Assembly: GCA_023267195.1 (NCBI GenBank)
Contig: JAHFNT010000003.1
Span: 10,841 to 74,840, forward strand
DNA length: 64,000 nt
Reading direction: 5' to 3'
From: Candidatus Nomurabacteria bacterium
GTDB lineage: Bacteria > Patescibacteriota > Minisyncoccia > Phycocordibacterales > UBA9973
Shown here: in pieces, positions 48,980 through 58,125 of the stretch
How the letters are laid out: every line of letters begins with the position of its first letter
Position numbering within the stretch: position 1 is the stretch's first letter
Program-made: the position numbers and the translations under genes
The notes under the pieces: model-generated
What the model saw: only the letters and a program-made list of their open reading frames with translations
Told to the model about the DNA's origin: nothing
The model's database searches: none

Positions 48980-51095
48980 TCTTCTGGTGATTAAAAAAAT
49001 CTTTATCAGCTTCTTTAATAGACAAGCCTATCCTACTTTTTTCTATATCAATATTTATAACCTTAACTGGCACAATCATTCCTTCTTTAATTATATCGCT
49101 AACTCTTTCCACGCGAAATGGCGCCATTTCAGAAATATGCACCATCCCATCGGTAAAATCATTCAATCGGACAAAAGCTCCAAAATCAGCAATTTTTACA
49201 ACTTCCCCTTTCAGCGTCTCACCGACTTTAAATTCATGGGTCATTTCTTCAACTATGGTTTTCGCTTTTTCGGCAGAACCATCTTTGCCGGTCAGGTACA
49301 CTGTACCATCATCCTCAATCGTTATTTCAGCCCCAGTGCGTTCTTTGATATCTTTAATTGTTTTGCCTCCGCCCCCGATGACTAATCCGATTTTGTCCGG
49401 ATTAATTTTAATAATCAAGATTTTGGGCGCATTAGCAGAAATATTCGCGCGCGGCCCCGCAATTTCTTTTTCAATCACATCTAAAATTTGCAGTCGCGCA
49501 GCTTTAGATTGCCTCATTGCTTCTCCTAAAATCTTCACTGGCACACCTTCGACTTTCACATCGAGCTGGATCGCCGTAACCCCGCTCCTCGTTCCCGCAA
49601 TTTTAAAATCCATATCTCCATGATGATCTTCCGGTCCTTGGATATCGGTCAAGATTTTATATTTTTCATCAGTCGCGTGCATAAGTCCCATGGCGATACC
49701 AGCCACTGGAGCTTTAATTGGAACTCCCCCATCCATAAGCGCTAAGCTTGAAGCACAAATCGAGGCCTGAGAAGTGGAACCATTTGAAGCCATAGATTCG
49801 GAAACTAAACGCATTGTGTACGGAAATTCTGATACTGTTGGCAAGACCATCGCAAGCGCTTTTTCTGCCAGCGCCCCGTGTCCGATCTCTCGGCGATTAG
49901 TAAACCCTGCTCTACCCACCTCTCCGCCAGAATAAGGAGGAAAATTATAGTGGTGCATAAATCTTTTTTCTACTTTCAACTGTAGCCCATCGACTAAATT
50001 TCTCTCTTCTGGACCACCCAAGGTTAAAACCGAAAGCACATGCGTGCCCCCGCGATAAAAAATTCCAGAACCATGGAGCTGGCTGGAGAGACCGCCGGCT
50101 TGAGCATACAGCCCACGAAGCTCATCCATTTTTCTGCCATCCGCGCGCCTGTTTTCTTCTATCGCTTTTTTATGCAAAATTTCATTCTCCGTCTCATCAA
50201 ACAAATTGTCTTCCAGAGAAAAATCTTCTCTTTCGGTAAATTTATCTTTTACTAAGTCATTCCAGGTAGTATGAAGCGCATCTATTTTTGCCTTGCCCGC
50301 GCCAGAGAAAATAGCCTCTTCCATTTTAGGTAAAATATTTTCATTGAAAAGCTTCGCTGATTCTTCTGAAATTTTTTCTTTTTCAATAATTCTTTTCTCT
50401 TTGCCTATTTCTTTAACAATTTTTTTCTGGAAATCTTCCAACTTGGTTATCTCTTCGCTCGCCTTTGTAAGCGCAACTTCCAATTCTTCCTCCGCTATTT
50501 GGCGCGCTGAAGCCTCAATCATATTTATATTCCCATTTTTCCCGCAAACAGTCAGGTCAAATTTATATGGCGCGTCTTCATCTAGGCGCAAATTTTGCGC
50601 AGGATTGATAGCCAATTCGTCCTTATCATACTTGCCAATTCGCACACAACCGACTGGCCCAGCCCAAGGAATGTCGGAAACCGCCAAAGCGAGAGAAGCC
50701 GCGTTCACCGCGAGAATCGTCGGATCATTTTCATCCACAGACAATACTGTTACAATCACTTGCACTGCATGACGGATGGATTGATCAAAGAGTGGACGAA
50801 GCGTTCGGTCTATCACCCTGCTTGCCAAGATCGCCTCTTCAGAAGGCTTGCCTTCACGCCTGACAAAGCGTGAACCAAGGATTTTTCCGGCCGCGTAAAA
50901 TTTTTCTGTATAATCCACTGTTAAATTAAAAAATCCCAAACCAGCGTGGCTGTCTTTAGACATGCAGGCCGTCGCGAGAACAATTGTTTCACCGTATTTT
51001 AACATCACGGAACCATGTGCCTGCTCTGCTAAATCAGTAAACATGGCAGTCATTGTTTTGCCACCAATCTCTACACTATATTCTTTTTTTTGCAT
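48966..51095 (-). CDS. pnp: polyribonucleotide nucleotidyltransferase (PNPase)
   Basis: 709 aa; two RNase PH domains, KH (GGGGKTIKDIKERTGAEI) and S1 domains. Confidence 0.95.
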   Translation of the reverse strand: MQKKEYSVEIGGKTMTAMFTDLAEQAHGSVMLKYGETIVLATACMSKDSHAGLGFFNLTVDYTEKFYAAGKILGSRFVRREGKPSEEAILASRVIDRTLRPLFDQSIRHAVQVIVTVLSVDENDPTILAVNAASLALAVSDIPWAGPVGCVRIGKYDKDELAINPAQNLRLDEDAPYKFDLTVCGKNGNINMIEASARQIAEEELEVALTKASEEITKLEDFQKKIVKEIGKEKRIIEKEKISEESAKLFNENILPKMEEAIFSGAGKAKIDALHTTWNDLVKDKFTEREDFSLEDNLFDETENEILHKKAIEENRRADGRKMDELRGLYAQAGGLSSQLHGSGIFYRGGTHVLSVLTLGGPEERNLVDGLQLKVEKRFMHHYNFPPYSGGEVGRAGFTNRREIGHGALAEKALAMVLPTVSEFPYTMRLVSESMASNGSTSQASICASSLALMDGGVPIKAPVAGIAMGLMHATDEKYKILTDIQGPEDHHGDMDFKIAGTRSGVTAIQLDVKVEGVPVKILGEAMRQSKAARLQILDVIEKEIAGPRANISANAPKILIIKINPDKIGLVIGGGGKTIKDIKERTGAEITIEDDGTVYLTGKDGSAEKAKTIVEEMTHEFKVGETLKGEVVKIADFGAFVRLNDFTDGMVHISEMAPFRVERVSDIIKEGMIVPVKVINIDIEKSRIGLSIKEADKDFFNHQKNGAR

Positions 51096-51253
51096 TATAG
51101 CCCATTTAACATGGGTGAGCTCTCCTTCAGAATAAAGTATTGTTTCACACTGCTAAATGCAAAATGTGAGACATTATCTCTATCTGAAGGCGAACCTGAT
51201 TAACTAATAAATTATTTGTTCATTCTAGCACTTTTAGGGTAAAAAGCAAAAAT

Positions 51254-51763
51254 TTATTTCGCGCCCATTAAATATTTTCTAGGATTTTCTGATAGATCTA
51301 CAAAATCATCCACCGCTTCGCGTAGTTTCCCGGAGGTTGATTTACCGAAGGAAACAACTTCTACTTGCACGCCGATAGTCTGTAAATATTCTACAAGCGG
51401 AACAAAGTCTCCATCACCGGAAACGATCACGACAGAGTCTAGACGTGGAGACATTTTAATTGCGTCCACTGCCAACCCTACATCCCAATCCGCCTTTTTC
51501 GCGCCTCCGGCAAAAATTTGTAAATCTTTTGTCTTGGTCTCAATGCCAAGTTTGGAAAGCGCTTCAAAAAAATTCTTCTCATCCCCTGCTTCGGTAGTGA
51601 TCACATAAGCGACCGCGCGCACGAGCTTGCGTCCAGCCACCGCGTCTTTCAAAACTGCGCCGAAATTCACTCGTGCCTGGTATAAATTGCGAGCAGAGTG
51701 ATATAAATTTTGCGTATCAATAAAAACCCCAACTCTTTGTTCTTTATGTTTTATGACTGTCAT
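51254..51763 (-). CDS. NYN/LabA-like (PIN-like) domain protein, putative RNase
   Basis: ORF to 51799 but likely start MTVIKHK at 51763; VGVFIDTQNLYHSAR and SGDGDF motifs typical of NYN/DUF88. Confidence 0.6.
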   Translation of the reverse strand: MTVIKHKEQRVGVFIDTQNLYHSARNLYQARVNFGAVLKDAVAGRKLVRAVAYVITTEAGDEKNFFEALSKLGIETKTKDLQIFAGGAKKADWDVGLAVDAIKMSPRLDSVVIVSGDGDFVPLVEYLQTIGVQVEVVSFGKSTSGKLREAVDDFVDLSENPRKYLMGAK

Positions 51764-51796
51764 ATAAATAGTGTACCACCTCACCCGGCTTTCAGC

Positions 51797-51838
51797 CACC
51801 CTCTCCTGTCAGGAGAGGGTCTGGGGGTAAGGTTAAGC
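51797..51838 (+). repeat. G/C-rich palindromic repeat element, copy C (overlaps rpsO stop codon)
   Basis: CACCCTCTCC-TGTCA-GGAGAGGG followed by TCTGGGGGTAAGGTTAAGC; the rpsO TAA lies in the GGTTAAGC tail. Confidence 0.5.
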
Positions 51839-52096
51839 AAGCTCCATCTTCTTCATGAGCGCAGCGTAACGAGACTTGTCTTTCCTCTCTAAATATTTCA
51901 AATGAGTGCGTCTATCAGCCACCATCTTAATCAGACCGCGGCGTGAGTGATTATCCTTTTTGTGTTTCTTTAAGTGCTTGGCAAGCGCATCAATTTGCGT
52001 AGACAATACTGCCACCTGCACCTCCGGAGAGCCTGTGTCCTTATCGTGAATTTGATGTTTTTTGATAACTGCCTGTTTTTTCTTGGTTGCTAACAT
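51833..52096 (-). CDS. rpsO: 30S ribosomal protein S15
   Basis: 87 aa from MLATKKK (ORF extends to 52150); HSRRGL and conserved S15 helices. Confidence 0.9.
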   Translation of the reverse strand: MLATKKKQAVIKKHQIHDKDTGSPEVQVAVLSTQIDALAKHLKKHKKDNHSRRGLIKMVADRRTHLKYLERKDKSRYAALMKKMELA

Positions 52097-52172
52097 ACTT
52101 AATATATTAGCATAAACTGGATAAAATTGCAACTCCTCATAATGTCGCACAATATTGTGCTAAAATAACTTT

Positions 52173-53129
52173 ATGGCCTCAGAAATTGACCAATTGCAAA
52201 GAGAATTTTTAGAATACCTTGAGATAGAGAAGGGCTCGGCTAGCCGCACTATTGAAAATTACGAACACTATCTATCGCGATTCTTTGAATTTGCAAAAAC
52301 CAAACAAGTGAAAAGTGTAGGGCAAATTACAACTGATCTGGTGCGAGAATTTAGATTGTGGCTAAACAAACAACCCGCCTCCTTAAAAGCAAAGCGTGGC
52401 AAACCTGTGCTAGTGGAAACTTTGTCCAAGAAAACCCAAAATTATTATTTAATCGCCCTGCGGGTATTTCTGAAATATTTAGGTAAAAGAGGAATAAAGT
52501 CTATCTCCGCGGATCAGATAGAATTGGCAAAAATTCCTGAACGTCCCATTGATCTTATTACTCCACTAGAACTCTCTCACCTGCTTGATGCTCCGTCAGG
52601 CAACGACCTGAAGGCCCTGAGAGACAAAGCAATTTTAGAACTTCTTTTTTCCACCGGACTTAGAGTTTCTGAACTTTGTTCTTTATCCAGAGAAATCGGC
52701 ACCAATCATGAAGAGTTGTCTATTAGAGGCAAGGGCGGTAAAGTGCGAGTAGTATTTTTATCCGAACAAGCGAGAACCGCCCTAAAGAAATATTTAGATG
52801 CCCGAAAAGATATGGAAGATGGACTTTTTGTGCAAGTGGAAAATGAAATTTCAAAAAACAAAGAACAGAAGAAAGAAATCAAACACCTCACCAAAAGATC
52901 AGTTGAGCGAATTGTAAAATATTATGCGATTAAAGCTGGTATTTCGAAAAAGGTGACTCCACATGTGATCCGCCACTGTTTTGCCACCGATCTGCTTTCC
53001 AATGGCGCCGACATCCGCAGTGTACAAATGATGCTAGGGCATGCCAACATCGGCACTACGCAAATTTATACGCACGTCACCGACAAACACTTGCACGATA
53101 TACATAAAAAATTCCATAATAAGGGATAA
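52173..53129 (+). CDS. xerC: tyrosine recombinase XerC/XerD family
   Basis: 318 aa; SAM-like N-domain; catalytic R...HxxR...Y (HVIRHCFAT ... GHANIGTTQIYTHV). Confidence 0.85.
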   Translation: MASEIDQLQREFLEYLEIEKGSASRTIENYEHYLSRFFEFAKTKQVKSVGQITTDLVREFRLWLNKQPASLKAKRGKPVLVETLSKKTQNYYLIALRVFLKYLGKRGIKSISADQIELAKIPERPIDLITPLELSHLLDAPSGNDLKALRDKAILELLFSTGLRVSELCSLSREIGTNHEELSIRGKGGKVRVVFLSEQARTALKKYLDARKDMEDGLFVQVENEISKNKEQKKEIKHLTKRSVERIVKYYAIKAGISKKVTPHVIRHCFATDLLSNGADIRSVQMMLGHANIGTTQIYTHVTDKHLHDIHKKFHNKG

Positions 53130-53141
53130 CAAATAAAATAC

Positions 53142-53915
53142 ATGAAAATAATTTCTTGGAACACAAATGGATTGCGCGCCACAGCCAAACAAGGCTTCTT
53201 TGCTCCCCTCTTTCAAGAACAAGCTCCAGATATTTTATGTTTACAAGAAACCAAAGCAGAACCAGCACAATTGCCAGAAAACGTGCGAGAGATTCCGGGA
53301 TATTTTTCCTATTTTTCGCATCCTAAAACCAAAAAGGGGTATTCCGGAGTCGCGATTTACACCAAAGAAAAACCACAAGAAGTTTTTTATGGTCTAGGTG
53401 TTGAAGAATTAGATAACGAAGGCAGACTGATCGGAATGAAATTTAAAAAATTTACTTTGATCAACTGTTATTTTCCAAATGGCGGTCAAGGGCCAGATAG
53501 ATTGAAATACAAACTTGAGTTTTATGAGGCTTTTTTGAAATTTATTTTAAAATTAAGAAAAGCGGGTGAAAATGTGATTTTTTGCGGAGACATAAACACT
53601 GCCCATGAGGCAATAGACCTCGCTCGACCGAAAGAAAATGAAGAAAATACAGGGTTTTTACCGATCGAGCGCGCTTGGCTCGATAAAGTGGTAAAAAATA
53701 ATTTTGTCGATGTCTGGCGCAATCTGAATCCAAATAAAAAAGATGTTTACACCTACTGGGATCAAAAAACTCGTGCCCGAGACCGCAATGTCGGCTGGCG
53801 CATTGATTATTTCTTTGTGGACGCCAAAATTTTAAACAAAATAAAAGATACAGGCGTCTTAGGAGATTATTACGGCTCCGACCACTGCCCAATTTGGCTA
53901 GAAATTTCTAATTAA
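53142..53915 (+). CDS. xth: exodeoxyribonuclease III (AP endonuclease)
   Basis: 257 aa; WNTNGLR, LCLQETK, GSDHCPIWLEI. Confidence 0.9.
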   Translation: MKIISWNTNGLRATAKQGFFAPLFQEQAPDILCLQETKAEPAQLPENVREIPGYFSYFSHPKTKKGYSGVAIYTKEKPQEVFYGLGVEELDNEGRLIGMKFKKFTLINCYFPNGGQGPDRLKYKLEFYEAFLKFILKLRKAGENVIFCGDINTAHEAIDLARPKENEENTGFLPIERAWLDKVVKNNFVDVWRNLNPNKKDVYTYWDQKTRARDRNVGWRIDYFFVDAKILNKIKDTGVLGDYYGSDHCPIWLEISN

Positions 53916-54835
53916 TTTGATCGAACACAACGGATGTTTAAGATTCCACCACCTAGTTTTAACCTACCATCATATTCAGTGCCATCGTCAAAATCGACAT
54001 ATAAAGCATAATCATCATAATCAGGATCTTGATATGAAGTACTTGACCAATACTGAACGCCACCCCCCGAACTAAAATCAAATACGGGATTTGCTGCTGG
54101 ATAAATTCTACCAAAATCAACTATAGAAAATAACTCCTTTATGTTTGGCAATCTCCAGTCCGTATATCCTCCAGTAGTATCGGCTTCACAAGACGCTAGG
54201 GCAGTTCTTTGGTTTACAAAAGACAAAGCTCCTGTAGCGCAAGTAGCACCAGTTTTTCCTTGAGAACATTTTTTCCACATCAAGCCAGTAGTGTTGTCTG
54301 TAACAGTGCCGTCTCCATTGTCGGTATAAGAAAGCGCTGTACCTGCAAGGTAATATGCATCTTGTCCACCATCAGTATTGCTTCCGTCCAAACAAGGGCT
54401 CTGAGCGGAACCATCAGCATTAGAACACGCCGTCTGCCCTGTGGCTGGCAACCCTCCCGCCGTCGCCGTCCCAGGATAAGTAGCAGTCGTTAAGACTTTG
54501 GAAGCATCCGTGTCACCATAGAGGGTACCAGTGAAACCAAAAGCCGAGATGCCGCTCGCTATTCTACCATTGGTTAGATTATCGATTTCTCCGGCAATAG
54601 CCGTGTAAACTTCTGTGAGAGATTTACCAGAAGCTGTGACAGTACCGGGGGTGGAAGGAATAGTGCCTGAATCTTCGGTGGTGGTGGTGCCAGTGGATAA
54701 ATTAAAGATGTCAGTGAGACTGTACATGGTATCAGCTACAGAACCGGGTGGTGTAAGGGAGCCGGCGTAGGAGATAGTATAACCGACGAGGACGGCAACT
54801 GCGAGGTAGGAGAGAATGTTGAGGAGTTTTTGCAT
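53912..54835 (-). CDS. secreted DUF1566 (Lcl C-terminal-like) domain protein
   Basis: 307 aa; signal peptide; Thr/Gly-rich linker; TGLMWKK...GYTDWRLPNIKELFSIV...RCVR matches DUF1566 signature. Confidence 0.6.
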   Translation of the reverse strand: MQKLLNILSYLAVAVLVGYTISYAGSLTPPGSVADTMYSLTDIFNLSTGTTTTEDSGTIPSTPGTVTASGKSLTEVYTAIAGEIDNLTNGRIASGISAFGFTGTLYGDTDASKVLTTATYPGTATAGGLPATGQTACSNADGSAQSPCLDGSNTDGGQDAYYLAGTALSYTDNGDGTVTDNTTGLMWKKCSQGKTGATCATGALSFVNQRTALASCEADTTGGYTDWRLPNIKELFSIVDFGRIYPAANPVFDFSSGGGVQYWSSTSYQDPDYDDYALYVDFDDGTEYDGRLKLGGGILNIRCVRSN

Positions 54836-54927
54836 AAAAAAATTATGTATTTACTTGCTAATACAGTAAAGTATACCCTCACCTGAACACTGTTAGCAAG
54901 AAAATTGAGGGGATAAGTTAAACTATC

Positions 54928-55722
54928 TCAAAGCTGAACTAATTCTGGTTTTGTTTTTGTTCCAAACCATTTTTTGGAAAGTATTTCTATGTTTTTAGTT
55001 ATATCGGTCACTAAAATTTTTGCAGTTTTATTTTTAGAAAGTTTTTGGGCAATTTCTGGGTGTCTTTCCAAATATTTTTTCAATTTTTTCGGGATTATTT
55101 CATCTTGAGAAATTATTCGCACATTTTTAGGCAATAATTTTCTAATTTGCTTCTTGAAAATTGGATAATGCGTACAACCGAGAACTAAGACCTCTAATTT
55201 TTTATTAAAAAAAGGCTTTAAATACTTAACTAAAAATGGCGAAGCGTTCTTCGTCTCCCCTTCTTCGGCGAGCGGCACAAGCATCGGCGCAGCCTTTTGA
55301 AAAATTTTAGATTTTTGATTAAATTTATTTATCTCTGTCGGAAAAGTATGAGAATCCACTGTTCCTTTTGTTCCCAAAACTCCGATTCTCTTAAATTTGG
55401 CGCATTCTTCGGCAGCTGGAATCAAAACACCTAATACTTTTCTATCTGCAAAATTTTTGGGCAAATATTCTTGTTGGATTTTTCGCAAAGCACGCGCCGA
55501 AGCGGTATTGCAAGCGACGATAACAATCGAGCAATTTTCTTTCTGCAAAAGATGCTCGACACCTTCTTTAGTAAACTCAAATACTGTGTCGGGTGAACGA
55601 TTGCCATAAGGCACCCGTTTCGTATCCCCTAAATACACATAATCATATTCTGGCATTGCTTTTACTATTGATTTTGCGATCAAAAGCCCCCTTAGTCCCG
55701 AATCAAAAATCCCAATCTTCAT
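54928..55722 (-). CDS. murI: glutamate racemase
   Basis: 264 aa; FDSGLRG, CNTAS and GCTHYP motifs. Confidence 0.9.
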   Translation of the reverse strand: MKIGIFDSGLRGLLIAKSIVKAMPEYDYVYLGDTKRVPYGNRSPDTVFEFTKEGVEHLLQKENCSIVIVACNTASARALRKIQQEYLPKNFADRKVLGVLIPAAEECAKFKRIGVLGTKGTVDSHTFPTEINKFNQKSKIFQKAAPMLVPLAEEGETKNASPFLVKYLKPFFNKKLEVLVLGCTHYPIFKKQIRKLLPKNVRIISQDEIIPKKLKKYLERHPEIAQKLSKNKTAKILVTDITKNIEILSKKWFGTKTKPELVQL

Positions 55723-55753
55723 GTTTTTATTCTAGCATGTTATACTCTCAGAT

Positions 55754-56416
55754 ATGAATCATACAAGACTAGACCAGCTCTCAGATGGTATCTTCGCCAT
55801 AGTTATGACTATTCTGGTTTTTGAAATAAAGGTTCCGCCCGTTTGGGGACCCATCAGCAATCTGGACCTGTGGCTCAAAATTGAAAACATGCTGCCTCTC
55901 CTTCTTAGTTATGTTTTGAGTTTTGCCTTGCTTTTTACTTACTGGCGCGCACATCATTTTTTCATTTCAATTTATGCCAAGAATATTGATTCGCGACTCA
56001 CCAACATAAATGCCTTGTTTTTCATGCTGATCAGTTTGGTACCATTTTCCACAAGTATTTTGGGCGGTTTTAGCAACAACGAGCTTTCCATAATTATCTT
56101 CGGCTCTCACATAATATTAATTGCATTGTCCTTGTACTGGATGCGACGCTATGTTTTATATTCTCCGCATATTCAAAATCCAGAAATTACCAAACGAGAA
56201 ATACGCGGAAGTACTATCCGCACCCTGGTTCCGGTGGTTATCGCACTTATCGCCATACCTTTGTCTTTTTTTAGTATAAAAGTTTCTCTCGCTTTGTTCA
56301 CCTTGGCTGTAATTTTCAACCTTTCTTCTTACAGCACTCGCTTGTTTGAAAAAATCATGAAAACTATCCACGCTTCCCTTTTCGGCGCTGACGTTAAAGG
56401 ACATTTTGCGGATTAA
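55754..56416 (+). CDS. TMEM175/DUF1211-family putative K+ channel
   Basis: 220 aa; signature RLDQLSDGIFAIVMTILVFEI at TM1, 6 TM. Confidence 0.65.
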   Translation: MNHTRLDQLSDGIFAIVMTILVFEIKVPPVWGPISNLDLWLKIENMLPLLLSYVLSFALLFTYWRAHHFFISIYAKNIDSRLTNINALFFMLISLVPFSTSILGGFSNNELSIIIFGSHIILIALSLYWMRRYVLYSPHIQNPEITKREIRGSTIRTLVPVVIALIAIPLSFFSIKVSLALFTLAVIFNLSSYSTRLFEKIMKTIHASLFGADVKGHFAD

Positions 56417-56422
56417 ATAGCC

Positions 56423-58102
56423 ATGCAGAAATTTTGCAAAACATGCAATAAAAAATTTGAAATAAGGGAAGAAGATCTTATTTTCTATGAACAAGTAAAA
56501 ACCACTCCCCCGCTCTTCTGCCCTGATTGCCGCATGATGCAACGTTTGGCATTTAGAAATGAAAGAACTTTTTATAAAAGAACATGCGACCTTTGTAAGA
56601 AAAATATAATTTCTATATATACGGGGAGTGCGCCCTTCCCGATTTATTGTCATGAATGTTGGTGGAGCGATGCCTGGGATCCAAAAAGTTTTGCCCAAGA
56701 TTACGATTTAAATAAAACTTTTTTTGAACAATACAAAAAGTTACAGAGCAAGGTTCCCAGACTAGCCCTTATGATTGTTAACTCGGTCAGAAGTGAGTAC
56801 ACAAACGGCGCCGCGGAAAACAAAGATTGTTATTTAATTTTCGCGGCAGACTATAATCAGGATTGTCTGTATGGGAGATTGGTCCAAAGATCTCGAAGTT
56901 GCGTCGATTGTGCTTTTATCTATGATTCTGAGCTTTGTTATGAATGCATAGATGTACATAAATGCTTTAAATGTATGTATTCGGAGCAATGTGAAGGATC
57001 AAGCGATCTCATTTTTTGTTACAATATGCGTGATTCTAACAATTGTATTTTTTGCACCAATGGAAGACATATATCAAATGCAATTCTGAATGTTAAATAT
57101 ACGAAGGAAGAATACGAAAAAAAGAAAACAGAAATTTTCTCTAATTACGAAAATATTGAAAAAGCAAAAAAAGAATTTGAGGAATTAAAAAAGAAAACTA
57201 TTGTAAAGTACGCCCTACAAACAAAATGTCATAAAGTCACGGGTGATTATATCTATAATTGTTATGACGGGGAAAGTGTTTTTGATAGTTCAGATTTAAA
57301 AAATTGTTCATATATGGCAGATGCGGAAAGTGGAATTGATAGTATGGATTGTAATAATTATTACCATAAAAATGAATTATGCTATAACATCATGGGTGTT
57401 TTGCAAAGTAGTAAATCAAAAAATTGTGCGTTCGTCTTTTACAGTAATGAAGCGGAGTATTGTGAAAATTGTTATCATATGACAAATGCTTTTGGTTGCA
57501 TTGCTATTCGTAAGGGACAGTACATGATATTAAATAAAGAATACTCCAAAGAAAAGTATTTCGAACTACGAAAAGAAATTGATGAACAAATGAAAAAGGA
57601 TGATACCTTTGGTCAGTTTTTTCCACCAGAAATTGCCCCTTTTGGATTTAACGAAACTCTTGGCTATGACTATTACCCAATTACCAAAGAGGAAAGCATA
57701 AAAAGAGGTTTTAATTGGCAAAATCAAACCACCGGCACTTATGGCAAAGAAACAATTAAAGAAAAAGATATGCCAAAGACTATTGGAGAAGTTACCGAAA
57801 ATATTTTGAACGAGATTTTGGTTTGTAAAGATTGCAAAAAAAATTTTCGCATCACTAAGTCGGAATTAGATTTTTACAAAAGAATGAATATCCCTCTTCC
57901 GCATAAAGATTTTGAATGCCGCCACCAGGACAGGATGAAAAAGCGTAATCCGCGCAAACTCTGGCATCGTTCCTGCATGTGTGAAGTAAAAAACCACCAA
58001 CATGGCACAGAAAAATGCGAAAATGAATTTGAAACTAGTTACTCCCCTGATCGGCCAGAGATAGTCTATTGCGAAACTTGTTATCAACAGGAAGTGTACT
58101 AA
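56423..58102 (+). CDS. cysteine-rich repeat protein with duplicated terminal zinc-ribbon-like modules, hypothetical
   Basis: 559 aa; N-terminal C.TC.KKF.I.E.DL.FY...P..C..CR...R...RN.R..YKR.C..C mirrored at C-terminus (CKDCKKNFRITKSELDFYKRMN...CRHQDRMKKRNPRKLWHRSC); central region of ~12 CxxC-containing short repeats; 6 nt after TMEM175-like gene. Confidence 0.5.
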   Translation: MQKFCKTCNKKFEIREEDLIFYEQVKTTPPLFCPDCRMMQRLAFRNERTFYKRTCDLCKKNIISIYTGSAPFPIYCHECWWSDAWDPKSFAQDYDLNKTFFEQYKKLQSKVPRLALMIVNSVRSEYTNGAAENKDCYLIFAADYNQDCLYGRLVQRSRSCVDCAFIYDSELCYECIDVHKCFKCMYSEQCEGSSDLIFCYNMRDSNNCIFCTNGRHISNAILNVKYTKEEYEKKKTEIFSNYENIEKAKKEFEELKKKTIVKYALQTKCHKVTGDYIYNCYDGESVFDSSDLKNCSYMADAESGIDSMDCNNYYHKNELCYNIMGVLQSSKSKNCAFVFYSNEAEYCENCYHMTNAFGCIAIRKGQYMILNKEYSKEKYFELRKEIDEQMKKDDTFGQFFPPEIAPFGFNETLGYDYYPITKEESIKRGFNWQNQTTGTYGKETIKEKDMPKTIGEVTENILNEILVCKDCKKNFRITKSELDFYKRMNIPLPHKDFECRHQDRMKKRNPRKLWHRSCMCEVKNHQHGTEKCENEFETSYSPDRPEIVYCETCYQQEVY

Positions 58103-58125
58103 GTAAACTAATACTAAACCGCAAG

